This document shows, one piece after another, positions 27,645-41,558 of a stretch of DNA of 64,000 nucleotides. The notes under the pieces are model-generated. The model ran no database searches and was not told where the DNA came from. It worked only from the letters and a program-made list of their open reading frames with translations. The DNA is from Mobula hypostoma (taxonomy: Eukaryota): the NCBI RefSeq assembly GCF_963921235.1, contig NC_086097.1, forward strand, positions 200,634,001 through 200,698,000, read 5' to 3'. A program made the position numbers and the translations under genes. The stretch's first letter is position 1, and the number at the start of each line of letters is the position of its first letter.

Positions 27645-28359
27645 TAACTGCTTCAGTTAAGTTTTTGAACAATGGAGGTTACCCAGGTGACTGAGCAATG
27701 ACAGAATGCCACTGAACAGCGAGAGTTAGTGGCTACAGATGAGATTGAAGTATGAATGTTTCTGGCCACTTAACAACCCAAAACTATTTTTTCTTGTGAA
27801 CATGACATATTCCGCTTTCAAAATTATTAGATGGATTTCATCCTTGCACCCAAACTGTGCAATTTGGATAGAGGCAAATTTTCTGATATTATCTAATACC
27901 AAGTGAATTCAATTAGCTGAAAACTGGTTTGTGCATAGTGGGTATCTCACAGAAAAGAGGTAACAGCAGGGATGGATCCAACATCTTTGACTGAATAGAG
28001 CTACAAAATCTTTAGGCCTTGTCTTTTGCACACATGCTGGTAAACCCATTACTGAAAATGGGGTGGCGCCTATTCCTTCTGCGGCCTGTTTTATTGGCCT
28101 CTACCATTCATGAAAGGATGCAGCAGGGCCCTGGAATTTTGATCTGATTTATTAGTTGTGGCATTGCATGGTTGACAGGCATATTTTGCCTATACATTTT
28201 ATCAAACTCAATCTTGCGTTTCAACTTCATATGGTTAACATCTCATTTTTAGGTACACTTGATCCTGCTCTCCTCTACCAGTATCCTCTCATCAACTAAT
28301 TGAGCCAGATTTGAGACCTTGGTTAAAATGTAACTCTAGAGTGTTGGACATATCATGCA

Positions 28360-31300
28360 CAGGAATTATTTCACATTTTTTCTGGGTTGAACTCCATTTG
28401 TTACTTTTCACCGCAGCCCTGAATCCTATCAATGTTCCTTTGTAACCTACAACAACCATCCACCCTATCCACAACTCTTTCATGTCATCTACAAACTTAC
28501 GAACCCACCCTTGCACTTTCTCATCTATGTCATTTATAAAAAGCATAAAGAGCAGGGGTCCCAGAACAGATCCCTATGGAACACCACTGGTCATTAAACT
28601 CCGGGCAGAAAACTCTCCATATACAGCTACACTCTGCCTTCTATGGGCAAGCCCATTCTGTATCCACATAGCCAAATTCTCTGGATCCAAGCCTCCTGAC
28701 TTTCTGAACGAACCATGGGGAACTTCATCAAACACCTTACTGAAGTTTATATACACATTCACTGCTCTACCTTCATCAGCGTGCTTTGTCACATCCCCAC
28801 AGAAATCATTCAAATTCATGAGGTATGATCTGCCCCTCACAAAGACGTACTAATGCTAATCAGACTATCCAAATACTCGTAAATCTTATCACTAAGAATC
28901 CTCTCCAATAATTTGCTCACTACTGAAGTAAGACTCACTGGTCTATAATTCCCAGCGTTATCCCATAAGACAAAGGAGCAGAATTAGGCCATTCAGCCCA
29001 TCGAGTCTACTCCACTATTCCATCATGGGTGATTTATTATCCCTCCCAAACCCAATCTCCTGCCTTCTCCCCGTAAACTTTGACACCCTGATCAAGAACT
29101 TATCAACTTCTGCTTTAAATGTGTCCAATGACTGCTTCCACTGCTGTCTGTTGTCACAATTCCAAAGATTCACCACCCAGTGGCTAAAGAGATTCCTTCT
29201 CATCTCTGCTCTAAACAGGCATTCCGCTATTCTAAGGCTGTACCCTCTGGTCCTAGATTCACCCACTATAGGAAACTTCCTCTCCACATCCACTATCCAC
29301 GCATTTCAATATTTAATAGGTTTCAATAAGAATCCCCTCTTCCATCTAAACTTCAGCAAGTACAGGCACAGAGCCAGCAAATGCTCCTCATACATCAACC
29401 CTTTCATTTTCTGAATCATTCTTGTGAACTTCCTCTAAACACTCTCCAAGACCAACATATCTTTTCTTAGACAAGAGGCACAAAACTATCACAATACTCT
29501 AAGTGCTGTCTGATTAATGCCTTACAAAGCATCAGCATTAAACCGTTACTCTTATATTGTAGTCCTCTCAAAATGAATATTAACATTCCATTTGCCTTCA
29601 TTACCTCTGACTCCACCTGCAAGTTAATCTTCAGGAAATCCTGCACAAGGATTCCAATTCCCTCAGTACTCAAGATGTCTGAATTTTCTTCCTATTTAGA
29701 AAATAGTCTATGCCTTTATTCCCTTTATCAAAGTGCATAACCATGCACTTCCCTACACTATATTCCATCAATTCTATCTGCCACTTCTTTGCCCATTCCC
29801 CCAATCTCTCAAAGTCCTTTTACAGGCTCTCCAATTCCTCTACACTAGCTGCCCCTCCACCTATCTTCGTGTCTTCCACAAAGTCATCAATTCCATCATC
29901 AAGATCGTTGACATGTAATGTGGAAAGCAGTCCCAAAACTGAACCCTAAGAAACACCACTAGCCACCAGCAGCCAACCAGATTAGGCCCTCTTTATTCCC
30001 ATTCTTTGCCCTCTACCAGTCAGCAAATTTTCTATCCATTCTAGTATCTTTTCTGTAATACCATGTTCTCTCATCTTGTTAAGCAGCCTCACGTGCAGCA
30101 TGCTGTCAAAAGCCTTCTGAAAATCCACCGATTCTCTTTTGTCTATCCTGCTCGTTATTTCCACAAAGAAATCCAACAGATTTGTACGACAAGATTTACC
30201 CCTTAGAAAGCCATGCTGACTTTGGCCTTTCTTATCATGTTAGAGCGATTTTTGGGGTTAGCACTTGTAGCAAGTAACTAGCTTTCAGATTTGAATACAA
30301 ATTGCAGATTAAATTTAAAATGGAGTTCAGCTCAAATTTTGGTATCCTCTTTAACTATCATTGGCTAAATTACCTTTATACCATCTTTCCTCTCCTTATG
30401 GCATTTTTAGTGTACCTTCTATTGGTTTTTAAAACTTTCCAATCCTCTGCTATATTACATGTCCTCACTTTTGCTTTTATGCCTTTTGTCTTTGACTCCT
30501 CTTGCCACCCACGACTGCCAGATCCTCCCTTTAGAATACTTCTTCACTTTTGCAATATATCTATCCTGAACCTTCTAGATTACCCCCAGAAACTCCAGCT
30601 ATTTGTTTTGCTGTCATCCCCATTAGTGTCCCCTTCCAATCAACCTCGGCCAGCTCCAGTCTCATAAAACCATTAGACATAGCAGCCGAATTAGGCCATT
30701 TGGCCCATCGAGACTGTGCAGCCATTTCATCATTGCTGATCCACTCCACTCTCAGCCCAGTCTCCAGCCATCTCCCATATCCCTTCATGCCTTGACTAAT
30801 CAAGAACCTATCAACCTCGGCCTTAAAATATATCCAATAAATGGGCCTCCCCAACCACCTGTAGCAACAAATTCAACAGATTCACCACTCTTTGGCTAAA
30901 GAAATTCCTCATCTCCGCTCTAAGTTGATAGCCCTCTATTCTGAGGCTGTGTCTTCTGGTGTTAGACTCCCCCACCATAGGAAACATCCTCTCCACATCC
31001 ACTCTATCAAAGCCTTTCAACAGGTTTCCAGTACATCACCCATTATTACAGGCACAAAGCCACCAAACACTTCTCCTACGATAAGGCTTTCATTCCCGGA
31101 ATTATTCTTGGGAAACTCAAGAAGCCTCAATATTACATCCTTTTATATTCTAGTCCTCACAAAATGAATGCTAACATGGTATTTGCTTTCCTCAACACCT
31201 ATTCAACCTGAAAATTAACCGACAGGGAATCCAACATGAGTCTTCCATGACCCTTTGCACCCCAGGTTTTTGAATTTTCTCACCATTTAGAAAATAGTTT

Positions 31301-31772
31301 ATGCTTTCATTTCTTCTACCAAAGTGCATATACTTCTCGATACTGTATTCCATCTGCCACTTCTTTACCCACTCTCCTAATCTGTCTGAGTCCTTCTGTA
31401 TCCCCTCTGCTTCCTCAACACTACCTGCCCCTCCACCTAAGTTTGCATTGTCTGCAAACTTGGCCACAAAACCATCAATTCCATCATCCAAATCACTGGC
31501 ATACAACGTAAAAAGAATCAGTCCCTACACAGACCCCTGAGGAACACCATTAGTCACCAATAGCCAGCCAGAAAAGGCCCCTCTATATTCCCTCCCTCTG
31601 CCTCCTGCCGATCAGCTACTGCTTTATCCATGCTAGAATCTTTCCTGTACTACCTTGGGCTTGAAGCTTGTTAAGCAGCCTCATGTGTGACACCTTGTTA
31701 AGGGCTTTCTGAAAATCCAAAAACACACCATCCACCAATTCTCCATTCTCTATCCCACTTGTTAATTCTTCA
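28360..31772 (-). mobile_element. Cluster of nested CR1 fragments (~28360-28960, 28963-30240, 30390-30660, 30663-31772)
   Basis: Repeated RT motifs (FSKVFDEVPHG, DFQKAFD, VAKFADNA) and at least two CR1 3' tails (near 28963 and 30663). Confidence 0.85.
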
Positions 31773-31943
31773 AATGTGGAGTTGGCTCAGGTGCAAAAAG
31801 TTGTGTGCCAGAGAACAATGGGTCTAATAAGGATACAGATTTGGGGGCAACTAATTGAAGATGTCTATAGAAATAACCCTCCCCACCAACCTATTGCTAT
31901 AGAACTGTTGAAGGTAAATCAGTTTTTAAATGAACTTATGCTT

Positions 31944-34900
31944 CATAGAAACATAAAAAACCTACAGCACAATACAGGCCCTTCGGCCCACAAAGTTGTG
32001 CCGAACATGTCCCTACCTTAGCCTTACCTATAGCCCTCTATTTTTCTAAGCTCCTTGTACCTATCCAAAAGTCTCTTAAGACCCTATCGTATCCACCTCC
32101 ATCACCGTTGCCAGCAGCCCATTCCACGCACTCACTACTCTCTGAGTAAAAAACTTACCCTGACATCTCCTCTGTACCTACTCCCCCGCACCTTAAACAA
32201 GTGTCCTCTTGTGGCAACCATTTCAGCCCTGGGAAAAAGCCTCTGACTATCCACATGATCAATGCCTCTCATCATCTTATACACCTCTGTCAGGTCACCT
32301 CTCATCCTCCGTCACTCCAAGGAGAAAAGGCCAAGTTCCCTCAACCTATTCTCATAAAGCATGCTCCCCAATACACGCAACATCCTTGTAAGTCTCCTCT
32401 GCACCCTTTCTATGGCTTCCACATCCTTCCTATAGTGAGGCAACCAGAACTGATCACAGCCACTTCTCAGCGCAGTTTTGTATCCAATCAATGTCCCACT
32501 GTAACCTCTGAGAGCCCTCCACACTATCCACAATACCTTCAACCTTTGTGTCATCAGCAAACTTACTAAACCATCCCTCCACTTCCTCATCCAGGTCATT
32601 TATAAAAAACCACGACGAATAAGGGTCCCAGAACAGATCCCTGAGGCACAACACTGGTCACCGACCTCCATGCAGAATATGACCTGTCTACAACCACTCT
32701 TTGCCTTCTGTGGGCAAGCCAGTTCTAGATACACAAAGCAATGTCCCCTTGGATCCTATGCCTCCTTAATTTCTCAATAAGCCTTGCATGAGGTACCTTA
32801 TCAAATGCCTTGCTGAAATCCATATACACTACATCTACTGCTCTTCCTTCATCAATATGTTTAGTCACATCCTCAAAAAATTCAATCAGGCTCGTAAGGC
32901 ACGACCTGCCCTTGACAAAGCCATGCTGACTATTACTAATCATATTATACCTCTCCAAATGTTCGTAAATCCTGCCTCACAGGATCTTCTCCATCAACTT
33001 AACAACCACTGGCCTATAATTTCCTGGGCTATTTCTACTCCCTTTCTTGAATAAAGGAACAACATCCGCAATCCTCCAATCCTCCGGAACCTCTCCCGTT
33101 CCTATTGATGACGCAAAGATCATCGCCAGAGGCTCAGCGATTTCCTCCGTCGCCTCCCACAGTATCCTTGGGTACATCTCATCCGGTCCCGGCGACTTAT
33201 CCAACTTGATGCTTTCCAAAAGCTCCAGCACATTCTCTTTCTTAATATCCACATGCTCAAGCTTTTCAGTCTGCTGCAAGTCATCACTACAATCACCAAG
33301 ATCCTTTTCCACAGTGAAAACTGAAGTAAAGTATTCATTAAGTACCTCTGGTATTTCCTCCCGTTCCACACATACTTTCCCACTGTCACACTTGATAGGT
33401 CCTATTCTTTCACGTCTTATCCTCTTGCTCTTCACATACTTGTAGAATGCCTTGGGGTTTTCCTTAATTCTGCCCGCCAAGGCCTTCTCATGGCCCCTTC
33501 TGGCTCTCCTAATTTCCTTCTCAAGCTCCTTCCTATTAGCCTTCCTATACACCACGGTTCCTGTACCCTACCATAACTTCCCTGTCTCATTGGAAAGTAC
33601 CTATGCAGAACTCCACACAAATATCCCCTGAACATTTGCCACATTTCTTCAGTACTTTTCCCTGAGAACATCTGTTCCCAATTTAAGCTTCCAATTTCCT
33701 ATCTGATAGCCTCATAATTCCCCTTACTCCAACTGAACGCTTTTCTAACTTGTCTGTTCCTATCTCTCCAATGCTATTGTAAAGGAGATAGTGATCATAA
33801 TTCTATCTCCAAAATGCTCTCCCACTGAGAGTTCTGACACCTGACCACGTTCATTTCCCAATACCAAATCAAGTACAGCCTCTCCTCTTGTAGGCTTATC
33901 TACATATTGTGTCAAGAAACCTTCCTGAACACACCTAACAAACTCCACCCCATTTAAACCCCTTGCTCTAGGGAGATGCCAATCGATATTTGGGAAATTA
34001 AAATCTCCCATCACAACAACTCTGTTATTATTACACCTTTCCAGGATCTGTTTCCCTACCTGCTCCTCGATATCCCTGTTACTATTGGGCGGCCTATAAA
34101 AAATACCCAGTAAAGTTATTGACCCCTTCCTGTTCCTAACCTCCACCCACAGAGACTCCATAGACAATTCTCCATGGCGTCCACCTTTTCTGCAGCCGTG
34201 ACACTACCTATGATCAACAGTGCCACACCCCCACCTCTTTTGCCTCCCTCTCTGTCCTTTCTGAAACATCTAAAACGCGGCATTTGAAGTAACCAATCCT
34301 GTCCCTGAGCCATCCAAGTCTCTGTAATGGCCACCACATCGTATCTCCAAGTACTGATCCACGCTCTAAGCTCATCTGCTTTGTTCACAACACTCCTTGC
34401 ATTAAAATAGACGAATCTCAATCCTTCGGTCTGAGCGAGTCCCTTCTCTATCACTTGCCTATCCTCCCTCACGCACTGTCTACAAGCTTTCTCTATTTGT
34501 GAGCCAGCCTCCTCTTCCCCAGTCTCTTCAGTTCAGTTCCCACCCCCCAACAATTCTAGTTTAAACTCTCCCCAGTAGCCTTAGGAAACCTTCCCGCCAG
34601 GATATTGATCCCCCTGGGATTCAAGTGCAACCCGTCCTTTTTTTTTACAGGTCACACTTGCCCCAAAAGAAGTCCCAATGATCCAGAAATCTGAATCCCT
34701 GCCCCCTGCTCCAATCCCTCAGCCACGCATTTATCCTCCACCTCATTCTATTCCTATTCTCACTGTCACGTGGCACGGGCAGTAATCCCGAGATTACTAC
34801 CTTTGTGTCCTGTTTCTCAACTTCCTCCCTAACTCCTTGTACTCTTTTTTCAGGGCCTCTTCCCTTTTTCTACCTATGTCATTGGTACCAATACATGTCC

Positions 34901-35860
34901 TCTGGCTGTTCTCTCTCCCACTTCAGGATATTTTGGATGCGATCTGAAACATCCCAGACCCTGGCATCTGGGAGGCAAACTACCATTCGAGTTTCTTTCC
35001 TGCGTCCACAGAATCACCTGTCTGACCCCCTAACTATAAAGTCCCCTATCACTACTGCCTTCCTCTTCCTTTCCCTACCCTTTTCAGCCACAAGGTCAGA
35101 CTCTGTGCCAGAGGTATGGCCACTGTCGCTTCCCCCAGGAAGGCTGTTCCCCCCACCCAACAGTACTCAAACAGGAGTCCTTATTGTCAAGGGATACAGC
35201 CACAGGGGTACTCTCTAGTACCTGACTCTTCCCCTTCCCCTTCCCCCTCCTGACTGTGACCTACTTGTCTGTCTCCCGTGGCCCCGGTGTGACCACCTGC
35301 CTATAACTCCTTTTTATCACCTCGTCGCTGTCCCTGACCAGGTGAAGGTCATCGAGCTGCATCTCCAGTTCCCTAACTCGGTCCCTTAGGAGCTGCAGCT
35401 CGACACACTTAGTGCAGATATGGCCATCCAGGAGGCTGGGAGACTCCAGGGCCTCCCACATCTGACACTGAGCACAGAAAACTGGCCTAACACATGCTTC
35501 CTCCTTTCCACAACTAACACCGGTAAACCTACCTCGCCTCGTCCCGTTACCGCCTAAGCCCGTTGAGCCAAAGCCCTATCACTCTGCTGCCACTCCAAAA
35601 GCTGCCCGCTGTATATGGCGGTCTTTTTATTAAACCTTTCGCGCTCTACTGGCTGACGTCACGCGCCTGCTCCGAAAATCAGCCGTTCACTCGCAGCCTT
35701 CTTGCTCCGAATCAAAAAGCATTGAAGATTCCTTGCCTTTTAAAACTGTTCGCACTCTACTGGCTGACATCACACGCCTGCGCAGTCTTGCCTCTCTTTT
35801 ACCCCGAGTGGTAAAACTGCCTTGGCTCCGAAAATCAGCCATTCACTCGCAGCCTTCTTC
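31944..35860 (-). mobile_element. Near full-length CR1 LINE (5' UTR, ORF1, APE endonuclease + RT ORF2, 3' tail), disrupted
   Basis: ORF1 CTKCVELQLLRDRVRELE; endonuclease YFNARS, VAITETW, GGGVAL, YRPPN, MGDFNFP, LDLVL; RT KSPGPD, QHGFVKGRSCLT, DFSKAFDKVPH, KFADDTK. Frameshifts and a deletion near 32455. Confidence 0.93.
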
Positions 35861-35972
35861 ATATGCTTTTCAGTAAGTACAACGTCATCTGTGGAGCTGG
35901 TTGTATTCTGATCTGATCACTGATTAGGTAACAGCACAATTTCTCCTTGGTTTTGGTTTGTTCTTATAGCCG

Positions 35973-36625
35973 TCACTGGGAGAGTATGGCACACAAAAAG
36001 AAAGTCCTTAGGACTTGGGGACTCATGCCAAACTTATGCAATCGTCTGAGGTGAAAGAGTTGCTCTTGTGCTTTTCTCACCATACAGCCAGTACGTACAG
36101 ACCATGTGAGATCCTCGCTGATGTGTATGCCAAGGAACTTAAAACTGTTCACCCTCTCAATGATGTCAATAGGGGTTAGCCTATCCCCATTCTTCCTGTG
36201 GTCCACAACCAGCTCCTTTGTTCTTGTGACTGAGGGAGAGGTAATTCTCTTGACACCACTGTGTCAAGGCAATGACTTCCTCTCTATAGGCTGCCCCATT
36301 ATTATTTGAGATTAGGCCAATCAAAGTAGTATCAGCAGCAAATTTAATTAGCAGAATGGAGCTGTGTGTGGCCACATAGTCATGGGTATACAGAGAGTAA
36401 AGGAAGTGGCTTAGGACACAGCCTTGAAGGGTTCCTGTGTTGAGGGTCAAAGGGGCAGAGGTGAGGGAGCCCACTCTTACCACCTGCCAGCAATCTGACA
36501 GGAAGTCCAGAACCCAGCAGCATAAGGCAGGGTGAAGGCTGAAGTCTCTGAGCTTCTTGTCAAGCCTGGAGGGAATTCTGAACTGTTGAATGCTTAACTG
36601 TAGTCCAAGAACAACATTCTCACAT
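35973..36625 (-). mobile_element. Rex1/Babar-type LINE fragment
   Basis: LTLNTGTLQGCVLS, IKFAADTTLIGLI, SFKFLGIHISEDLTW. Confidence 0.8.
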
Positions 36626-36629
36626 CAAT

Positions 36630-37410
36630 CAGAAATCTGTAAGGCTTTTTATGAAGTCCCACATACTTCAAAATGACCAATTGTCCGTGAAACCCAGGGC
36701 AATTGTTCATGGGGGGGGGTTGCTGAGGTCAGTGATTACTTTTGCAATTGGAAGCCTGTAATCAGCAGCATAATGCAGAAATCAGTAGTGGAACTCCTTT
36801 TTCAGTATAAACATTAACAATCTGTTGCAAATATGGGGGTGGGGATGATTAGTGAATTCACAGATGGTGCAAAGAATGACAGTGCTGTGGATAATGAACA
36901 GTATTCTTTTCGGCTATCAAGAATATTGATCGGTTAGAAAAGTGGGCAAAGAAATTACAGTGCAGAGGACGCCTACTAAGACTTTGCCTGGGATGGAGTA
37001 TTTCAACAAGGGGAGACAGACTAGGCTGGAATTGCTTACGCTGAAGCAGAGCAGATGTGATCCGAGCATGGTATACAAAATTACACGGAGCATACATAGG
37101 GTAGATAACGGAAGTCCTTTCTTCCTAAAGGAGGTGTCTATAACCAGAAGGGCAGGTTTGTCTGAGGTAAGATATATTGAGGGAATTTGAGGAAGAATTT
37201 TTTTTCATCCAGTGGTTAGGCACTTTGGTCAGCATGGACAAATTTGGTATGTGTCAGTGCTGTATAACTGAGTCTACTTTCACAGTATTTCAGTATTTAG
37301 ATGAGCGCCTGAAATACCATGGCATAAAGGGCTATGGGCCAAGTGCGTGTTATTGTATAAATAGCTACTTGATGGCCTGTGTGAACAGGCTTGGCTAAAG
37401 AGCCTATTTC
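36630..37410 (+). mobile_element. Old CR1 fragment
   Basis: Degenerate similarity to the CR1 RT 3' region and tail (gagcctatttccatgttgtatgactc). Confidence 0.5.
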
Positions 37411-37849
37411 CATGTTGTATGACTCATTAAATTGGGCAGGAGGTGCCTGTCTAGGCAGGCAGGTTGCCATTTACACAGGGTTTCTTCTGTACGCTTCTGA
37501 GGTGTAGCCTCCAGGTAGTTCTCCATTTTTGAACTGTCAAGGGCCACAGAGATTCACAAGAGTCCACTGCTATACTGCAGTCTTTTTTTGTAAAGGCATC
37601 AAACAACTTCCTAACATTTACCTCTGACTGCTGAGCAATCTCTTCCTGTGACAAACCTCAAAAGTGAACACTGCAGAATGGAATGTAAATGAAAATCACT
37701 GAATCAAATCTTTGCTAAGATGGGGCTGGCTGGACATGGCAATGCTTTGCAGGCATTGAACTAATCTACTTGCTATTCTACTAACTGTTCTATTAAATAT
37801 ACATTTTCTGAACTACAATCACAGCAATATGCAGCCTGTAATTTCTCTT

Positions 37850-40794
37850 TGGAGTTATGCCTTTGAACATTCTGAATGATCTGACGTTTTTGCACTATCC
37901 CGAAGGATTCGGTGGACTGGACTTTCAAGAATGTAGCTTCTGGCTTGGACCCGACAGCGAAAAACAAACTGCTAGTGATTTTAATTTAGCCCCGTTAACG
38001 ATAGATAAATACGACTCTGAACATGGTGAAGCCTTGACCTCTAATTCTGCTGAGAACCAGGAACTATAGAAATCGCGACAATACAATGTCACATACCTAG
38101 AGTATGGTTTAATTCCATTCCTGTCAGATCAGCGACACTCCATGTGTCTTATTTGTAATACTGTACTGTCATGAAGCCGTCAAGACTGCAGGAAAAGATA
38201 CTCTGAAAAGGCTACTTACTTCCATAGAAGACACCCTAAAAAGGTTACTTATGGTGTTCCTCAGCTCCAGATGAAAAGAAGCATATGAAAAGCGTTGCAC
38301 ACGAGTCATTCACCAAGAAAGCTAAAAATTCCATCTTTAGTATCTTTTTTCCCCTTTCAGGTTTTTTTTTTGAAGACTCTGACCTGGAGTTACACGCTGA
38401 TTACTGTTCTTTGCGGGAATGGGACCCGCTCTTGGGGTTTCAGGACTGCCTGCTGTTTGGCATGTCAAGGGCTCAGCCTAAGTATTCAGCTTGGCTTTGG
38501 AAGTCTAGGATCTCAGGCCTCTGGATTCAGGTGGATCAAAGGTCAGTGTCACGTCAAGAGACCCATGTGTCATTGGGGCGGGGGGGGGGGGTCGGACTAT
38601 CTGCGGCTGTGTGCCCGGAGACTCGTGATCTTTGGGCACAAAGCTCGATAAAAAGCGACGTGGCGGACTTTTAACATCGTAATCCAGTGAGTTCTTTGTT
38701 ATGTCTCCCTGCTGTCTGTGAAAACAGAGAAACCTCTCTCTCCGTTATTAGGGAGAAAGAGAGAGAGAGAACCTGTGATATGTCGAATGCTTGGTGAACA
38801 ATGTAACCTTTGGGGTAACTGCAAGTCTGTATCTTTACTGTTGCTTTGCTCACATGAGTGCTTCGTGGCGGGTGCCGTTGCATTTTTGGCCGGGGAGGGG
38901 GCATTGCTGCTTGCTGCCACTTATGCGCGGGATGGGGGAGCTGGGGGGGGGGGCGGTGTGCTTTGGGGTCCTAACTGTCATTAGAATGACTGTCATTCAG
39001 TCTTCGGGGCACTCCTCTGTCTTCGTGGATGGTTACAAAGAAAAAGCATTTCAGGATGTATACTGTATTCTCTGACATTAAATGTACTTTTGAGACCTTT
39101 GAAATTACCTGGATAGTGGTCTCATTGCTTCTTATAACATTTCCAAGATGATAATAAAGTGTGTAAAATCTCATACAATTGGTGAAAGATTAACAATGCC
39201 TGCTGTATCAGACATGCTCAAAATTATACAGGTATTTTAAAATTGATTCCACTGAATAATAACACTGTAGCTCACCGTATTGACAAAATGAGTGAAGACA
39301 TTGAGTTTCAACTATGGACAGAGCTACAAAAAGCAGAATTTTAGATAAAACCGGATGAGTCAACTGTGCGAGACAATGAGGCATTGCTAATGGCACATGT
39401 ACAGTTTATGAAAAATGGAAAAGTTTATCAGGAGATTCTATTTGGTAAAAAGAGAAAAACCTATCAACTGAGAATCAATCTACGAGAAGCTCAAAATGTA
39501 TACTGACGAAAGTATTCTGATTAGGAACATGATTTCTTGGGCAACATATATGACAGACCGCCATGCTGGTTTAGCGGCATTTATGAAAAGAAGAAATTCC
39601 AAATCTGTTTGCAATCCATTGTGTAATTCATCGTCAACATCTCGCAGCCTAAAACCTCAGCCAACGACTTTTTTCAAGCATGACCCTTGAAATATCTGAT
39701 ATCAACAAAATTAAAGCTCATCCATGTAATAGAATATTTCGCCAGTTATGCCAAGATAACATTGAAGGGTTTAAACACTTACTTCTTCACACTGAAGTGC
39801 AAAGGCTGCTGTTTAAAACGTTTCTTTGATCTTTTTTGACACTGGTTGAATTTTTCATCAAAGTCAACAAGAGCTTGGGAAACAAGATTGAACTTCTATG
39901 TGGCATGCCTAGTTAATCTGCATGACAAAATAAACACTCCAAATATGAAACTGCAGGGTGAGGATTTGAACTTAATCCAGGTAAAAAGTGCAGTGTCCAC
40001 TTTTATGAGGAGATTGGAAATATATAAGCAAAACATTGGGAGAAGAATGTTCTCATTGTTTCACTGCATGGAAAGTATGGCACTCTCTTTCACAGGCAAT
40101 GATTTGCAAGAGTACTGCTTGCACTTGCAGTCACTGAAGGATTTTCAGAATCGATTCAAGGATTTGAACGATCTGGAAATTCTGGACTGGGTAATCAACC
40201 CATTTCCTAGCAAGGAGAAAGAACAGGAAGAGAACTTGCAAGAAGAAATTATCAAAATTCAGAAAGATGAAGCAGAAAAATGCTTTTCAAAAAATGTCGG
40301 CTTTTGTGGTATGTGGCTACACTGTCATTAGTTTCCTTGTCTTTGGAGAAGAGCCAAACTGCTCTTCATTGTATTTCCATCCTCCTACCTTGTTGAAAGA
40401 GGCTTCAGTGCAGTGAACCACATACTCAAAAACAGAAACTGATTGGACATTGTTACGCATGGGGACGTAAGGCTTTTACTGTCACAACTTGAACCAGATT
40501 TTCCAACTCTTGCTAAAAGCCATCATGCTCAAGGATCACATTTATATGAAAGCAGCTGCACAGCGCACAGCTACTGTGCAAGCTAGGTTTAGAGACAAAT
40601 AAAAATTTAAAGCAGAATCATTTTTCTCATGTTAGCATATGGCAGACATGCTTTCACACTCTGGAGTGTAAGAAAGTATATTGTGCCTAATAGGGGCGTT
40701 GGCAAATATGAAGATGCTTTAAGTATTAAAGAAGTTGGCAAGTATTAAGAGTTCTTTAGGGATGAGTTGGGCTTAAAAAGGTTGGGAAACACTG
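37850..40794 (+). mobile_element. hAT (Charlie/Buster-like) transposon remnant with internal insertion
   Basis: RQYNVTYLEYG...CLICNTVLS, LLLHTEV, LQGEDLNL, LDWVINPF, FPSSYLVERGFSAV; right TIR aaaaaggttgggaaacactg at 40794. Left end not located. Confidence 0.8.
38330..39102 (+). repeat. Unclassified repeat inserted in the hAT remnant
   Basis: GC-richer block interrupting the transposase; ends attaaatgtacttttgagacctttgaa like the 11551-12177 family. Confidence 0.55.
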
Positions 40795-41360
40795 GATTAA
40801 GGCGTCAAGGATGGTTGAATCGGTGTTCAGCTCACTACTCTGAGTCTTTACATGCCTCAGCACTGAATGACTCCATGGCTGCAGCCTGTAGCAATCAGGC
40901 TCCTGGACTGGCTACAGCACAAAACTGGCCCCATACTGTGTACTCACTTTCATGGGCTCTGTTGTTCATATTGTGTATATTATTGATAACTTTTTTTTAA
41001 TGTTAGCACAATGTTATTTTTATGGACACTAGATGTTTGACAGTTGTTGTGGTGTGGGTTTTTTTTCCATGGATTCTATTGGGTTTCTTTGTTTTGTGGG
41101 TGCTTACAAGATGAATCTCAAGGTTGCACATGGTACGCATACGTTGATAATAAATGTACTTTGAACTTAATTCTATTCCTTTACAAAAAACATTAGATAC
41201 CATCTGAGTTGCCCCCTGACAGCCCACACAATAAAGTAATAATCTCTATTCCAGATCTCTTTGTAAAAGAAATATTCCTGATGTGTTTATGGGGATAACA
41301 ACAGTTAACAATTGCCTCTAACCTGTTAGACTGAACTAGTGGAAGAACGCTGTTTATTCA

Positions 41361-41558
<198 letters not shown>

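Noticed and set aside
37451..37654. Possible extra GAREM1 exon (AG acceptor near 37627)
   Set aside because: Exons 2 and 3 already join into the expected protein. There is no recognisable similarity or supported donor.
37850..40550. Possible ZBED5/SCAND3-like host gene
   Set aside because: Multiple stops and frameshifts, an internal repeat insertion and a terminal TIR.
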